A stretch of 64,000 nt of DNA from an uncultured Gammaproteobacteria bacterium (GTDB taxonomy: Bacteria > Patescibacteriota > Microgenomatia > UBA10105 > UBA927): positions 20,500 through 84,499 of the forward strand of contig CAZQTD010000003.1 in assembly GCA_964596355.1 (NCBI GenBank), given 5' to 3'. Made by a program: the position numbers and the translations under genes. The notes beneath the pieces were generated by a model that did no database searches, was not told where the DNA came from, and saw nothing but the letters and a program-made list of their open reading frames with translations. Shown one piece after another: positions 21,069 to 30,538 of the stretch (position 1 is the stretch's first letter; each line of letters opens with the position of its first letter).

Positions 21069-21542
21069 ATGAAAGTTCACAATGTGATGTCCACAAACAT
21101 TGTTACCGCGTCACCGGATGAGTCTATATGCGAGCTTTGGAAGCACATCATAAAAAGGCGCATCAATGCGGTTCCCGTCATAGATAGACGTCGTCGCCTC
21201 ATTGGTCTTGTGACAAAAGAAGATTTACTCAAAGCGTTATATCCGGATTATCGCGAATATTTGGAGGATGTCACGTCTGCGCACGATTTTGAGCAGATGG
21301 AAGCAAACGTTGGTGATGTGGTGAAATTGAAAGCGAATGACATCATGTGCAAGAAGGTTATCTATACGCTTGGCGACACGCCGCTTATGCGCGCGTTGTC
21401 TCGCATGATTGTGCGGCGCGTCAATCAGTTGCCCGTTATTGATGACGAACATCGCGTCATCGGCATGATAACGAAAAGCGACGTGTTCTCTGCGCTTTTT
21501 CGTTGGCACCTTCGAAAGGCTAAGAAATCGGAGCGCACTTGA
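21069..21542 (+). CDS. CBS domain pair protein
   Basis: Two CBS motifs (VPVIDRRRRLIGLVTKEDLLKAL and LPVIDDEHRVIGMITKSDVFSAL). Confidence 0.75.
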   Translation: MKVHNVMSTNIVTASPDESICELWKHIIKRRINAVPVIDRRRRLIGLVTKEDLLKALYPDYREYLEDVTSAHDFEQMEANVGDVVKLKANDIMCKKVIYTLGDTPLMRALSRMIVRRVNQLPVIDDEHRVIGMITKSDVFSALFRWHLRKAKKSERT

Positions 21543-21567
21543 CAGGAAATTGTCAGATCAGTATACT
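21539..21567 (+). promoter_or_regulatory. Pyrimidine operon promoter TTGACA-17-TATACT
   Basis: Perfect -35 overlapping the CBS gene stop, 17-nt spacer, near-perfect -10. Predicted transcription start near 21574. Confidence 0.55.
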
Positions 21568-21570
21568 AGA

Positions 21571-21608
21571 ATCCCAAGAGTCAGATGAACAGCGGGGATT
21601 TTTTTTAT
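21571..21608 (+). terminator. Hairpin ATCCC-N18-GGGGAT followed by T8; possible terminator for the CBS gene, overlapping the pyr leader
   Basis: Seen directly. Confidence 0.3.
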
Positions 21609-21653
21609 CTATTCAAAAGCATCATTCGCGTATGTGAGCGATGTATGTTCTAA
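21585..21653 (+). CDS. Putative 22-codon pyr leader peptide MNSGDFFYLFKSIIRVCERCMF
   Basis: ATG preceded by AAGAG. The ORF contains a U8 tract and stops at the foot of the attenuator hairpin. Confidence 0.3.
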   Translation: MNSGDFFYLFKSIIRVCERCMF

Positions 21654-21674
21654 GAGCCGATCGGCTCTTTTTTT
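21652..21674 (+). terminator. Candidate attenuator terminator AGAGCC-GATC-GGCTCT + T7, abutting the carA start codon
   Basis: Perfect 16-bp palindrome followed by 7 T residues that end at the carA ATG (21675). Confidence 0.45.
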
Positions 21675-22745
21675 ATGGGTACCAAAGCGTATCTACATTT
21701 TGAAGACGGTGATACGATCGAAGGCGTCAGCTTCGGTTATGAAGGTTCTTGTTCTGGAGAGGTGGTATTTTCGACTGGAATGACCGGGTACTGTGAAAGC
21801 CTGACAGATCCTTCGTTTGCAGGGCAAATTCTTGTATTTACCTATCCACTGATTGGCAACTACGGCGTTGCGCGACCACTTTATCAAGATGCTCACCTGC
21901 TGGCAAATTTTGAGTCGGAAAGAATCTGGGCGTCAGGGGTTATTGTTTCCTCGGTCATCTCAACACCGTCGCATTACCAGCACGAGACATCATTTTCTGA
22001 TTGGCTTACATCGCAAAAGATTCCGGGAATTTCTCATATTGACACACGAGCGCTTACGCAAAAACTTCGCCAGAAGGGCGTCATGCGCGGCAGGATTTTG
22101 ACCACGAAAAATGGCGAATGGGATAACGAGCGTAAAAACCACCTTGTTTCAATGGTAAGTCTGCCCAGAACCATTGTCTATAAACCCCAAAACCCTTGCG
22201 GTATGCGCATCCTTCTCATTGACTGCGGCGTAAAACACGCAATTATTAGAGAGCTTCTTAATAACGGCTATGAAGTTATGCGCATTCCGTGGGATGATGA
22301 TCCTATGAAGTACGCGTCAGCCATTGATGGCGTTGTGTGTTCAAACGGCCCGGGCGACCCAAAAGACTGTCAGATTACGATTGCACATATCCGAAACGTG
22401 ATTAATGCGGGCATTCCCTTTATCGGGGTGTGTTTGGGGCATCAGCTTGCGGCGCTTGCTATTGGCGCGGACACATACAAACTTCCGTACGGTCACCGAG
22501 GATTAAACCAGCCATGTCTCGATGTTTTTTCTCATAAAGCGTATGTCACGAGTCAGAACCACGGCTATGCAGTTAAGCGAGAAACGATCCCGAATGGATA
22601 CAACGAATGGTTTATCAATCTTAATGACAAGACGAATGAGGGGTTGGTAGGTCAGGAACGTAAGGTGTGGAGTACGCAGTTTCATCCGGAAGGGAATCCA
22701 GGCCCATTTGATACAAAATGGATATTTTCGCTGTTCAAAAAATGA
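21675..22745 (+). CDS. carA: Carbamoyl-phosphate synthase small (glutaminase) subunit
   Basis: N-terminus KAYLHFEDGDTIEGVSFGYEGSCSGEVVFSTGMTGYCESLTDPS. GATase Cys GVCLGHQ. Confidence 0.9.
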   Translation: MGTKAYLHFEDGDTIEGVSFGYEGSCSGEVVFSTGMTGYCESLTDPSFAGQILVFTYPLIGNYGVARPLYQDAHLLANFESERIWASGVIVSSVISTPSHYQHETSFSDWLTSQKIPGISHIDTRALTQKLRQKGVMRGRILTTKNGEWDNERKNHLVSMVSLPRTIVYKPQNPCGMRILLIDCGVKHAIIRELLNNGYEVMRIPWDDDPMKYASAIDGVVCSNGPGDPKDCQITIAHIRNVINAGIPFIGVCLGHQLAALAIGADTYKLPYGHRGLNQPCLDVFSHKAYVTSQNHGYAVKRETIPNGYNEWFINLNDKTNEGLVGQERKVWSTQFHPEGNPGPFDTKWIFSLFKK

Positions 22746-25700
22746 AACGCATACAAAAAGTACTCTTATTAGGATCCGGAGCCCTTAAAATCGGTGAAGC
22801 TGGTGAATTTGATTATTCGGGCACACAAGCAATCAAGGCTTTGAAAGAAGAAGGGAAAGAGATCATTTTGATCAATCCGAATATTGCGACCATCCAGACA
22901 TCTGAAGGCCTTGCCGATGAAATATATTTTCTTCCGGTTTCAGCGGATTTCGTTACATCTGTAATTAAAAAAGAACACCCTGATGGCATTCTCCTTGCCT
23001 TTGGAGGACAAACGGCGCTTAACTGCGGAATAGAGCTTTACCGACGCGGCGTTCTGAAGAATTACGAGGTTGCTATTTTGGGCACTCCTATAGAAACGAT
23101 CATAGAGACGGAGGACAGAGAATTATTTTCGAAGCGCTTACACAGTATCGGTTTTAAAACCGCTCGGGGAGCCATTGTCCGAAGTATTCAAGATGGTGTC
23201 GCATTCGCACAAGAACTTGGATTTCCAGTTATGCTTCGGACGGGCTTTGCGCTCGGTGGAACCGGAAGCGGAGTTGCCAAAGATGCAAGAACTCTTAAAA
23301 CGCTGTTAGAAAAAGCATTTGCCACATCGTCTCAAGTTGTGATTGAAGAATGTCTTTACGGATGGAAAGAGATTGAGTATGAAGTTGTACGCGATAAAGA
23401 AGATAACTGCATAACGGTCTGTAATATGGAAAATGTTGACCCCGTAGGCATCCATACTGGTGAATCAATTGTGATTGCGCCGTCTCAAACGCTTACCGAT
23501 GATGAGTATTACGGTCTCCGGCAGATTGCGATTGATGCAATCCGCAAACTTGGAATTATCGGTGAATGCAATATTCAATATGCGCTTGATCCCAAATCAA
23601 ACGACTACAGAATTATTGAAGTAAATGCTCGGCTTTCCAGGTCTTCTGCACTCGCTTCAAAAGCCACGGGATACCCGCTTGCATACATTGCGGCAAAACT
23701 TGCGGTTGGAAGGACACTTCCGGAGTTATCAAATTCTGTAACGAAAAGGACATCAGCGTTTTTTGAGCCGTCGCTTGATTACGTCGTTGTCAAAATTCCG
23801 CGATGGGACTTAGATAAGTATACGCATATTGATCCGAGGATCGGTAGTGAAATGAAAAGCGTCGGTGAAGTGATGAGCATTGCTCGAACATTTAAAGAGG
23901 CTCTGCAGAAAGCGGTGCGTATGCTGAATCAGGGGTATGACGGCGTTGTCGATGAAAAAGAGATGGAGCTCGATATACATTCCATACGGAAACGGCTTAT
24001 CGAGCCGGATGCCAAAAGACTCTTCGTCGTCGCAGCGGCATTCGCAAAGGGCATGACGGTTCAAGACATATACAGCCTAACCGGGATTGATCCGTGGTTT
24101 CTTGCGTCAATTCAACGCATTGTCCAAACATACGCGCGAATTAAAAAAGCAACGGCGGTAACGAGAGAACTCCTGTCTGATGCAAAACGGCAGGGATTTT
24201 CTGATGCTCAAATATCGCGCATTATGAAAATCGATGAGCGTACAATCCGCGCGTCGCGGAAACGTTTTGGTATTGTTCCGGTGGTCAAGCATATCGATAC
24301 GATGGCTGGAGAGTTTCCGGCAAAAACAAATTATCTCTACATGACATACGCCGCTGACTTGAGCGATCACAAACCGTTAGTCAAAGAGAAGAAAGTGATT
24401 GTCCTTGGGAGCGGCCCGTATTCTATCGGAACCTCTGTGGAGTTTGATTGGTGTGCGGTCAATACTGTCAGCAGATTAAAACATCATAGATTTAAAACGG
24501 TCATGATTAACTGTAATCCGGAAACAGTTTCTACAGATTACGATAACACGGATTACTTATATTTTGAGGAATTGACACTAGAGCGGGTACTGGACATTTA
24601 TGATTTGGAGAAATCGCCTTTTATTCTTTCCGTGGGCGGACAGATACCGAACAATCTCGCGCCGAATCTTGATCGTGAGGGAGTGCCGATTCTTGGATCG
24701 GACGCAAAAACCATTCTGAAGGCTGAAGACCGCCAGGTATTCAGCAAACTGTTAGATATGCTGGGTATTCCGCAGCCGGCATGGAGCGAAGCTCATACTG
24801 AAGAACAATCAATCGCGATGGCCAAAACGATCGGTTTTCCCGTTCTTATCCGGCCGTCGTTTGTCCTGTCCGGCAAAGCGATGCTTGTAATTGAAACAGA
24901 AGAGCAGTTGAGACAGTATCTTGCGACGATAGACGTGGACATTAACAAACATGCGCTTGTCATTACCAAATTCCTGCGGGATGCGGTTGAATGTGATTTT
25001 GACGGTGTGGCAAGGCACGGCGACATTGTCGTTTCTGCACTGTCCGAACATGTAGAAAAAGGAGGCGTGCACTCCGGCGACGCGACGCTTGTACTGCCGC
25101 CGCATGGGCTTTCACGCGCCATGAAGCAAACCATCTATGATTACGCGGCGACCATTTCAAAACATCTTGCCATTCACGGGCCGTTTAACATGCAATTTTT
25201 ACTTTCCGACAATCGCGTGTACGTCATTGAGTGCAACCTTCGTGCGTCGCGGAGTATTCCGTTCGTCAGCAAGGCGATGCATACAAACTTCATTACCATG
25301 GCGACAGATATTGCGCTGGGAAAAACTGTCACGAATGTGCGCGGAAAACACCACAATTACGTAGCGGTGAAAGTGCCGCAGTTTTCGTTTCGCAGGCTCC
25401 GCGGCGCTGACCCTGTGCTGCGCGTTGAAATGAGCTCAACCGGTGAGGTAGCGGCGTTTGGAAAAGATATCCATGAAGCATACCTCAAGGCGCTTTTGGC
25501 TACAGGCACCCAGTATCCGAAAAAAAAGGCGGCTTTTTTGAGCTTGGGAGGACAGCGGGCAAAGGAAGAGTTCATTCAATCTGCTGAACGCCTTCGCGAT
25601 ATGGGGTATGTGCTGTATGCGACAAGCGGCACGCATGCTTTTCTCATGGATCATCATATAGAGGTTCTGAAAGTTGAGAAACTTCATGAGGAGGGGCACC

Positions 25701-25954
25701 CGAACTATGCGGATTTGGTAAAGAAGCATATGATTGGGTTTGCAATCGTGTTGCCAGAGCGGTTCTCGGATGCAAGCCGCGCCTCGGTGCAAAAAGGAAT
25801 AACCGACGGGTACCTCATGCGAAGAATGTCGATTGATTTAGGGGTTCCAATTTTTACCAATGCTGAATCTGCTATACTTTACATTGAATCTATTTATCGG
25901 TACAAACAAGAAGATTTAACAATTTTGCCGTGGAGCGAATACAACAGATCGTAG
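22742..25954 (+). CDS. carB: Carbamoyl-phosphate synthase large subunit
   Basis: 1071 aa with duplicated ATP-grasp halves. N-terminus KVLLLGSGALKIGEAGEFDYSGTQA. ATGA overlap with carA. Confidence 0.9.
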   Translation: MKRIQKVLLLGSGALKIGEAGEFDYSGTQAIKALKEEGKEIILINPNIATIQTSEGLADEIYFLPVSADFVTSVIKKEHPDGILLAFGGQTALNCGIELYRRGVLKNYEVAILGTPIETIIETEDRELFSKRLHSIGFKTARGAIVRSIQDGVAFAQELGFPVMLRTGFALGGTGSGVAKDARTLKTLLEKAFATSSQVVIEECLYGWKEIEYEVVRDKEDNCITVCNMENVDPVGIHTGESIVIAPSQTLTDDEYYGLRQIAIDAIRKLGIIGECNIQYALDPKSNDYRIIEVNARLSRSSALASKATGYPLAYIAAKLAVGRTLPELSNSVTKRTSAFFEPSLDYVVVKIPRWDLDKYTHIDPRIGSEMKSVGEVMSIARTFKEALQKAVRMLNQGYDGVVDEKEMELDIHSIRKRLIEPDAKRLFVVAAAFAKGMTVQDIYSLTGIDPWFLASIQRIVQTYARIKKATAVTRELLSDAKRQGFSDAQISRIMKIDERTIRASRKRFGIVPVVKHIDTMAGEFPAKTNYLYMTYAADLSDHKPLVKEKKVIVLGSGPYSIGTSVEFDWCAVNTVSRLKHHRFKTVMINCNPETVSTDYDNTDYLYFEELTLERVLDIYDLEKSPFILSVGGQIPNNLAPNLDREGVPILGSDAKTILKAEDRQVFSKLLDMLGIPQPAWSEAHTEEQSIAMAKTIGFPVLIRPSFVLSGKAMLVIETEEQLRQYLATIDVDINKHALVITKFLRDAVECDFDGVARHGDIVVSALSEHVEKGGVHSGDATLVLPPHGLSRAMKQTIYDYAATISKHLAIHGPFNMQFLLSDNRVYVIECNLRASRSIPFVSKAMHTNFITMATDIALGKTVTNVRGKHHNYVAVKVPQFSFRRLRGADPVLRVEMSSTGEVAAFGKDIHEAYLKALLATGTQYPKKKAAFLSLGGQRAKEEFIQSAERLRDMGYVLYATSGTHAFLMDHHIEVLKVEKLHEEGHPNYADLVKKHMIGFAIVLPERFSDASRASVQKGITDGYLMRRMSIDLGVPIFTNAESAILYIESIYRYKQEDLTILPWSEYNRS

Positions 25955-25970
25955 AAAACGAACGGAGCAC

Positions 25971-26915
25971 ATGAATTACCACACGCTTTACCATCACGAT
26001 ATTTTGACGAGCAGCCAGTTTACGAAAGCTGATGTGGAAGCAATTTTTGCAAAAACGAAACACATGAGGGAATTAGTAAAAACCAAAGGAGGAAACGACA
26101 CGCTCAAAGGCACAATCATGACGGCGTTGTTTTACGAACCGTCAAGCAGAACATTCGGATCATTCGTTGCCGCGATGCAGCGTTTGGGTGGAGGCATCAT
26201 TCCGCTTCAGGGAGTAGTCTATTCGTCGGTCGCCAAGGGGGAGACGCTGGAAGACACGGTAAAGACGTTTGATAATTTTTCTGACGTTATTGTCATCCGC
26301 CATCCGCAGCAGGGGGCCGCAAACATTGCGGCAAACGCTGTCGATGTGCCGGTCATAAATGCAGGCGATGGTCCTGGTGAGCACCCGACGCAGGCTCTTT
26401 TGGATCTTTTTACTATTGCTGACCACTTTCCTTCCATTGACGGACTGACGGTGACGTTTGCCGGAGATTTGCTGTATGGACGAACTGTCCATTCGCTTAC
26501 AACGCTTCTATCCCTTTATGCGCCGGCAGGCATCACCTGCGTATCACCGAGCGAACTACAGATGCCTATTGAATTCGTACAGGCACTTAAGAAAAAGAAT
26601 ATTCCCGTACGGCAAACGGACGAACTGGAGCCAGAGCTTGTCAAAACAGATGTCCTGTATGTTACGCGCGTACAAAGGGAACGATTTCGGGATCTTGATG
26701 TCTATGAAAAATTAAAACACCGCTACATTGTCACGAAAGAGACGATGAACAGGCTTAATAAAAAAGCAATTCTCATGCATCCCTTTCCTAGAGTTGGAGA
26801 AATTGCCACCGATGTGGATAGCGATTCAAGAGCTCTCTACATTAGGGAGCAAATGCGTAATGGATTGTACGTTCGTATGGCGCTTTTATCGTTGGTATTG
26901 CGAAAAGAACCATAG
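25971..26915 (+). CDS. pyrB: Aspartate carbamoyltransferase catalytic subunit
   Basis: Carbamoyl-phosphate binding motif SSRTFGSF and HP..Q region. Confidence 0.85.
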   Translation: MNYHTLYHHDILTSSQFTKADVEAIFAKTKHMRELVKTKGGNDTLKGTIMTALFYEPSSRTFGSFVAAMQRLGGGIIPLQGVVYSSVAKGETLEDTVKTFDNFSDVIVIRHPQQGAANIAANAVDVPVINAGDGPGEHPTQALLDLFTIADHFPSIDGLTVTFAGDLLYGRTVHSLTTLLSLYAPAGITCVSPSELQMPIEFVQALKKKNIPVRQTDELEPELVKTDVLYVTRVQRERFRDLDVYEKLKHRYIVTKETMNRLNKKAILMHPFPRVGEIATDVDSDSRALYIREQMRNGLYVRMALLSLVLRKEP

Positions 26916-26930
26916 AGAATCAGTCGCGAT

Positions 26931-26964
26931 GCTACTACTAATACATCGATGCAATAGTAGTAGC
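26931..26964 (+). repeat. 10-bp inverted repeat GCTACTACTA / TAGTAGTAGC with 14-nt loop in the pyrB-pyrC spacer
   Basis: Seen directly. Flanked by a further GTC/GAC pairing. Confidence 0.3.
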
Positions 26965-26979
26965 GACGGGGGTTGAGTT

Positions 26980-28017
26980 ATGGCGTTAAAGAGATTTCCG
27001 GGGTTTATTGATGTTCATGTTCATTTTCGCGAACCGGGAGCAACGCACAAAGAGGATTTTGCAACAGGCTCGCGGGCGGCAATCACTGGAGGGTTTACGT
27101 ACGTCCTTGATATGCCGAACAATCCTTCAAGACCAACGATTTCCGTTGACCTTCTGGAAGAAAAAGTTGCTTTATCCAAAAGGGCGTTGTGCGATGTGGG
27201 GTTTCATTACGGTACAGATGGAAAAAACGTTGTGTCGTTTCCACGAGCTTGGAAACACCCCCGTGTGTTTGGGGTAAAAGTGTACTGCAGTAATACAACT
27301 GGTGAATTATTGGTGAGCGACCCAATTGTTATAGATCATATTTTTAAAGCTTGGGAATGTTATAAGCCTATCCTTGTTCATGCCGAAGGGGAAAATCTTT
27401 TCCGGTGTTTATCATGTGCCAGCATGTATCAACGTCGCTTGCACGTGTGTCATGTCGCAAAAAGAGAAGATCTCGCGCTTGTCAAACAAGCAAAGGCAAA
27501 AGGGGTTGCCGTGAGCGTAGGAGTAACGCCTCATCACTTATTTCTGACTTCTGACCAAGTGAACAAACTGGGTAACTATGGATTGGTTAAACCAGAAATC
27601 GGAGACATAAACGATCAAGATGCTCTATGGGAAGGATTACAAAGCGGTGTAATAGACATTGTGGAAACAGACCATGCACCTCATACCAAACAAGAGAAAG
27701 AATCGAGGAACCCTCCGTACGGCATGCCGGGACTTGAGACGGCACTTGGGCTCCTTATGAAAGCGTCGCACGAAGGAATGTTGTCTCAAAGCGTTATTAT
27801 CGCCCTTCTTCATGATAATCCAAAAAAGATATTTCATATCCCAGATCAGCTGGGTACTTACATTGAGCTTGATCCAGAAAAGCCGTTTATTATCGGTAAA
27901 GATGGGTATGAGACAAAATGCTGCTGGAGCGTCTTCGAAGGGTGGGAACTTTTCGGGAAAGTTGAGACCGTTGTTATTCGGGGAAGACGACTGGTAAATA
28001 ATTGTACTATGTTATAA
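26980..28017 (+). CDS. pyrC: Dihydroorotase
   Basis: Metal-binding DVHVHFREPG amidohydrolase motif. Position in the pyr operon. Confidence 0.8.
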   Translation: MALKRFPGFIDVHVHFREPGATHKEDFATGSRAAITGGFTYVLDMPNNPSRPTISVDLLEEKVALSKRALCDVGFHYGTDGKNVVSFPRAWKHPRVFGVKVYCSNTTGELLVSDPIVIDHIFKAWECYKPILVHAEGENLFRCLSCASMYQRRLHVCHVAKREDLALVKQAKAKGVAVSVGVTPHHLFLTSDQVNKLGNYGLVKPEIGDINDQDALWEGLQSGVIDIVETDHAPHTKQEKESRNPPYGMPGLETALGLLMKASHEGMLSQSVIIALLHDNPKKIFHIPDQLGTYIELDPEKPFIIGKDGYETKCCWSVFEGWELFGKVETVVIRGRRLVNNCTML

Positions 28018-28028
28018 GAGGAGAAAAT

Positions 28029-28949
28029 ATGGACGATTTGCTTAAGACTTCGTATTGTGGCGTAACATTTCCGAATCCGCTTATTCTCCCTTCAGGTATC
28101 GCGCAGGAGATTCCCAAAGACCACGAGCGGGCGATCGCGGCAGGGGCTGGTGGGATAACGACGAAATCGTTAACCATTGAACCCAGAGAGGGTAGTCCGC
28201 TTCCCCGGGTGGTCAAATATGATCATGGATTCCTCAATTCCGTGGGGCTTCGAGGGCCGGGGTTAGTGAAAGGAAAAGAACTCATCGAAGAATTTCTCAA
28301 ATCGTCGCCGGTGCCGGTTATCGTAAGCGTATTTGCCACAAGTGTGAAGGATTTCGTACGTTTTGCCGAAGAACTCACCCCGCTCAATCCTCCGCTTTTT
28401 GAACTCAACTTGAGTTGCCCCAACGTTGATGATGATATGGGAAAGGCGCTTGGACTTGGCGCAGAATCTTCGGCCGCAGCGGTGAATGCCGTAAAAAAAG
28501 TAGCAGGAAAGGTGCCGGTACTTGCAAAACTCACGCCGAACGTGCCAAACATCGCAGAAGTGGCAAAAGCGTGCGAGCAAGCAGGCGCTGACGGAATTGT
28601 TGCGATCAATACGGCTGGTCCAGGGATGATTATTGATATTGTCAAGCGCAAGCCCGTGCTTGGTAATAAGCGAGGCGGAATATCCGGACCCCCCATTCGT
28701 CCTTTGACGGTTCGCTGTGTGTATGATATTTATGAGGTTGTCAATATCCCCATCATCGGTATGGGCGGAGTTACCACAACGCAGGACGTTATTGAACTGA
28801 TGATGGCAGGAGCGACACTCGTAGGAGTGGGATCTGCAACATACTTGAGGGGCATGAAGGTGTTTGAAGAGATGAAAACCGGCTTGATAGCGTACATGCA
28901 AAAAGAAAGAATCACATCTCTTAAAGAGCTTATTGGTGTGGCGCACTAG
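28029..28949 (+). CDS. pyrD: Dihydroorotate dehydrogenase (class 1 type)
   Basis: N-terminus LKTSYCGVTFPNPLILPSG. SD AGAGGAG. Start set to the ATG at 28029. Confidence 0.85.
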   Translation: MDDLLKTSYCGVTFPNPLILPSGIAQEIPKDHERAIAAGAGGITTKSLTIEPREGSPLPRVVKYDHGFLNSVGLRGPGLVKGKELIEEFLKSSPVPVIVSVFATSVKDFVRFAEELTPLNPPLFELNLSCPNVDDDMGKALGLGAESSAAAVNAVKKVAGKVPVLAKLTPNVPNIAEVAKACEQAGADGIVAINTAGPGMIIDIVKRKPVLGNKRGGISGPPIRPLTVRCVYDIYEVVNIPIIGMGGVTTTQDVIELMMAGATLVGVGSATYLRGMKVFEEMKTGLIAYMQKERITSLKELIGVAH

Positions 28950-29052
28950 TCGCTCGTATTACGTCATTTCCCGGGGTGTGAAGAGTGTGTCGGCTAGCGT
29001 TCGGTATTAGACATATCGAGTTACTTATTGAAAAGATTGTCAGGAGACAGTT

Positions 29053-29895
29053 ATGACGTTTTGCCAGAAGTTGGATGCGATAACCAAAAAGAATGCTTCA
29101 CTTGTGTGCGTGGGTTTAGATAGTGAGTTTAACAAGATCCCCAAGCGCATACGCACCGGTGGTTCGCACCCGCAGGCAACGTTTAACAAGGCGATTATCG
29201 ATGCGACACACGATGTGGTGTGCGCGTATAAACCGAACGCGGCGTTTTATGAAGCGCGCGGGAAAGACGGCATTGAAGATCTTAAAATGACGTGCGACTA
29301 CCTTAAGGTTCATTATCCGGACGTCGTCATCATACTCGATGCCAAACGCGCGGATATCGGTAATACCAATGAAGGTTACGCGGCATTTGCATTTGACTAT
29401 CTGGGTGCCGATGCCATCACTCTCCATCCGTATTTAGGCAAAGAAGCACTCAAACCGTTTTTAGATCGCAAGGACAAAGGCTGCATTATCGTGTGCAGAA
29501 CGTCGAATCTTGGGGCAGAAGAGTTTCAGGACCTAAATGTTCAGGGAGAAAAACCGCTCTACCAGGTGGTTGCAGAAAACGTATCGAAGGAATGGAATTA
29601 CAATGGCAACTGCGGTGTAGCGGTAGGAGCTACCTACCCCACCGAGTTAGAGATTGTGCGACGTATTGTGGGCGAGATGCCGATCCTCATCCCCGGCGTC
29701 GGCGCGCAAGGAGGCGACGTAGAAAAAACCGTTAAAGCCGGTGTTGACAAATCAGGCGCGCGCGCCATCATCAGCTCATCTCGTGGCATCATCTTCGCTT
29801 CTGGCGGAGCCGATTTTGCCCAAAAGGCGCGGGAAGAAACAGAAAAACTTAATAGATACATTAATGAATATAAAATGAAGCGCTATGGCAGATGA
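29053..29895 (+). CDS. pyrF: Orotidine 5'-phosphate decarboxylase (long, type 2)
   Basis: VCVGLDS...ILDAKRADIGNT motifs. 280 aa. Confidence 0.8.
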   Translation: MTFCQKLDAITKKNASLVCVGLDSEFNKIPKRIRTGGSHPQATFNKAIIDATHDVVCAYKPNAAFYEARGKDGIEDLKMTCDYLKVHYPDVVIILDAKRADIGNTNEGYAAFAFDYLGADAITLHPYLGKEALKPFLDRKDKGCIIVCRTSNLGAEEFQDLNVQGEKPLYQVVAENVSKEWNYNGNCGVAVGATYPTELEIVRRIVGEMPILIPGVGAQGGDVEKTVKAGVDKSGARAIISSSRGIIFASGGADFAQKAREETEKLNRYINEYKMKRYGR

Positions 29896-30538
29896 TGTGG
29901 TTTCGATACTAAAAAAGATCGGCGCGGTTTTGACCGATGACCATTTTGTGTATACGTCCGGTAAACACGGGAGCGTCTATATCAACAAGGATTCACTGTA
30001 CCCCCATACAGAGGAAACATCAAACGTCGGCAGAATGTTTGCGGAAAAATTTCAGAATGAAACAATTGATGTGGTTGCAGCTCCAGCCATCGGCGGAACG
30101 ATTCTTTCCCAGTGGACTGCGTATCACCTTTCTAAACTTACGGGGAGAGAAGTACTAAGCGTATATACAGAGAAAGACAAAGGAACACTCGCGTCAGCGG
30201 CAGAAAGCGCGCACATCTTCCGGCGCGGCTACGACAAGCACATTAAGGGAAAACACGTGCTGGTCATCGAGGATCTCACGACGACGGGGATTTCAGTGAA
30301 AAATGTCGTGGCCGCAGTCAGAGCCGCGGGCGGAAAAGTCGTAGCCGTGTGTGTCATGGTCAACCGCGACCCCAAAAACGTCAACAGCGATTCTGTCGGC
30401 GCGCCGTTTTCATCGCTTGGCGTCCTTGAGGCGCAGGCGTTTGATGAGGCCGCGTGCCCGCTTTGCAAAGCCGGCAAGCCGATTAATACCAGCGTCGGCC
30501 ACGGGAAGAAATATCTGGAAGAGAAAGGAAAAGCATGA
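29885..30538 (+). CDS. pyrE: Orotate phosphoribosyltransferase
   Basis: PRTase motif VLVIEDLTTTGIS. Confidence 0.8.
   Translation: MADDVVSILKKIGAVLTDDHFVYTSGKHGSVYINKDSLYPHTEETSNVGRMFAEKFQNETIDVVAAPAIGGTILSQWTAYHLSKLTGREVLSVYTEKDKGTLASAAESAHIFRRGYDKHIKGKHVLVIEDLTTTGISVKNVVAAVRAAGGKVVAVCVMVNRDPKNVNSDSVGAPFSSLGVLEAQAFDEAACPLCKAGKPINTSVGHGKKYLEEKGKA

Noticed and set aside
21571-21600. AAUCCCAAGAG in the pyr leader loosely resembles the PyrR-binding loop consensus (ARUCCAGAGAGGCU)
   Set aside because: The conserved GGCU half is absent. No pyrR gene is present (the Upp-like gene at 30535 has the full Upp C-terminal motif and length). The attenuator model with a leader peptide explains the structure better.
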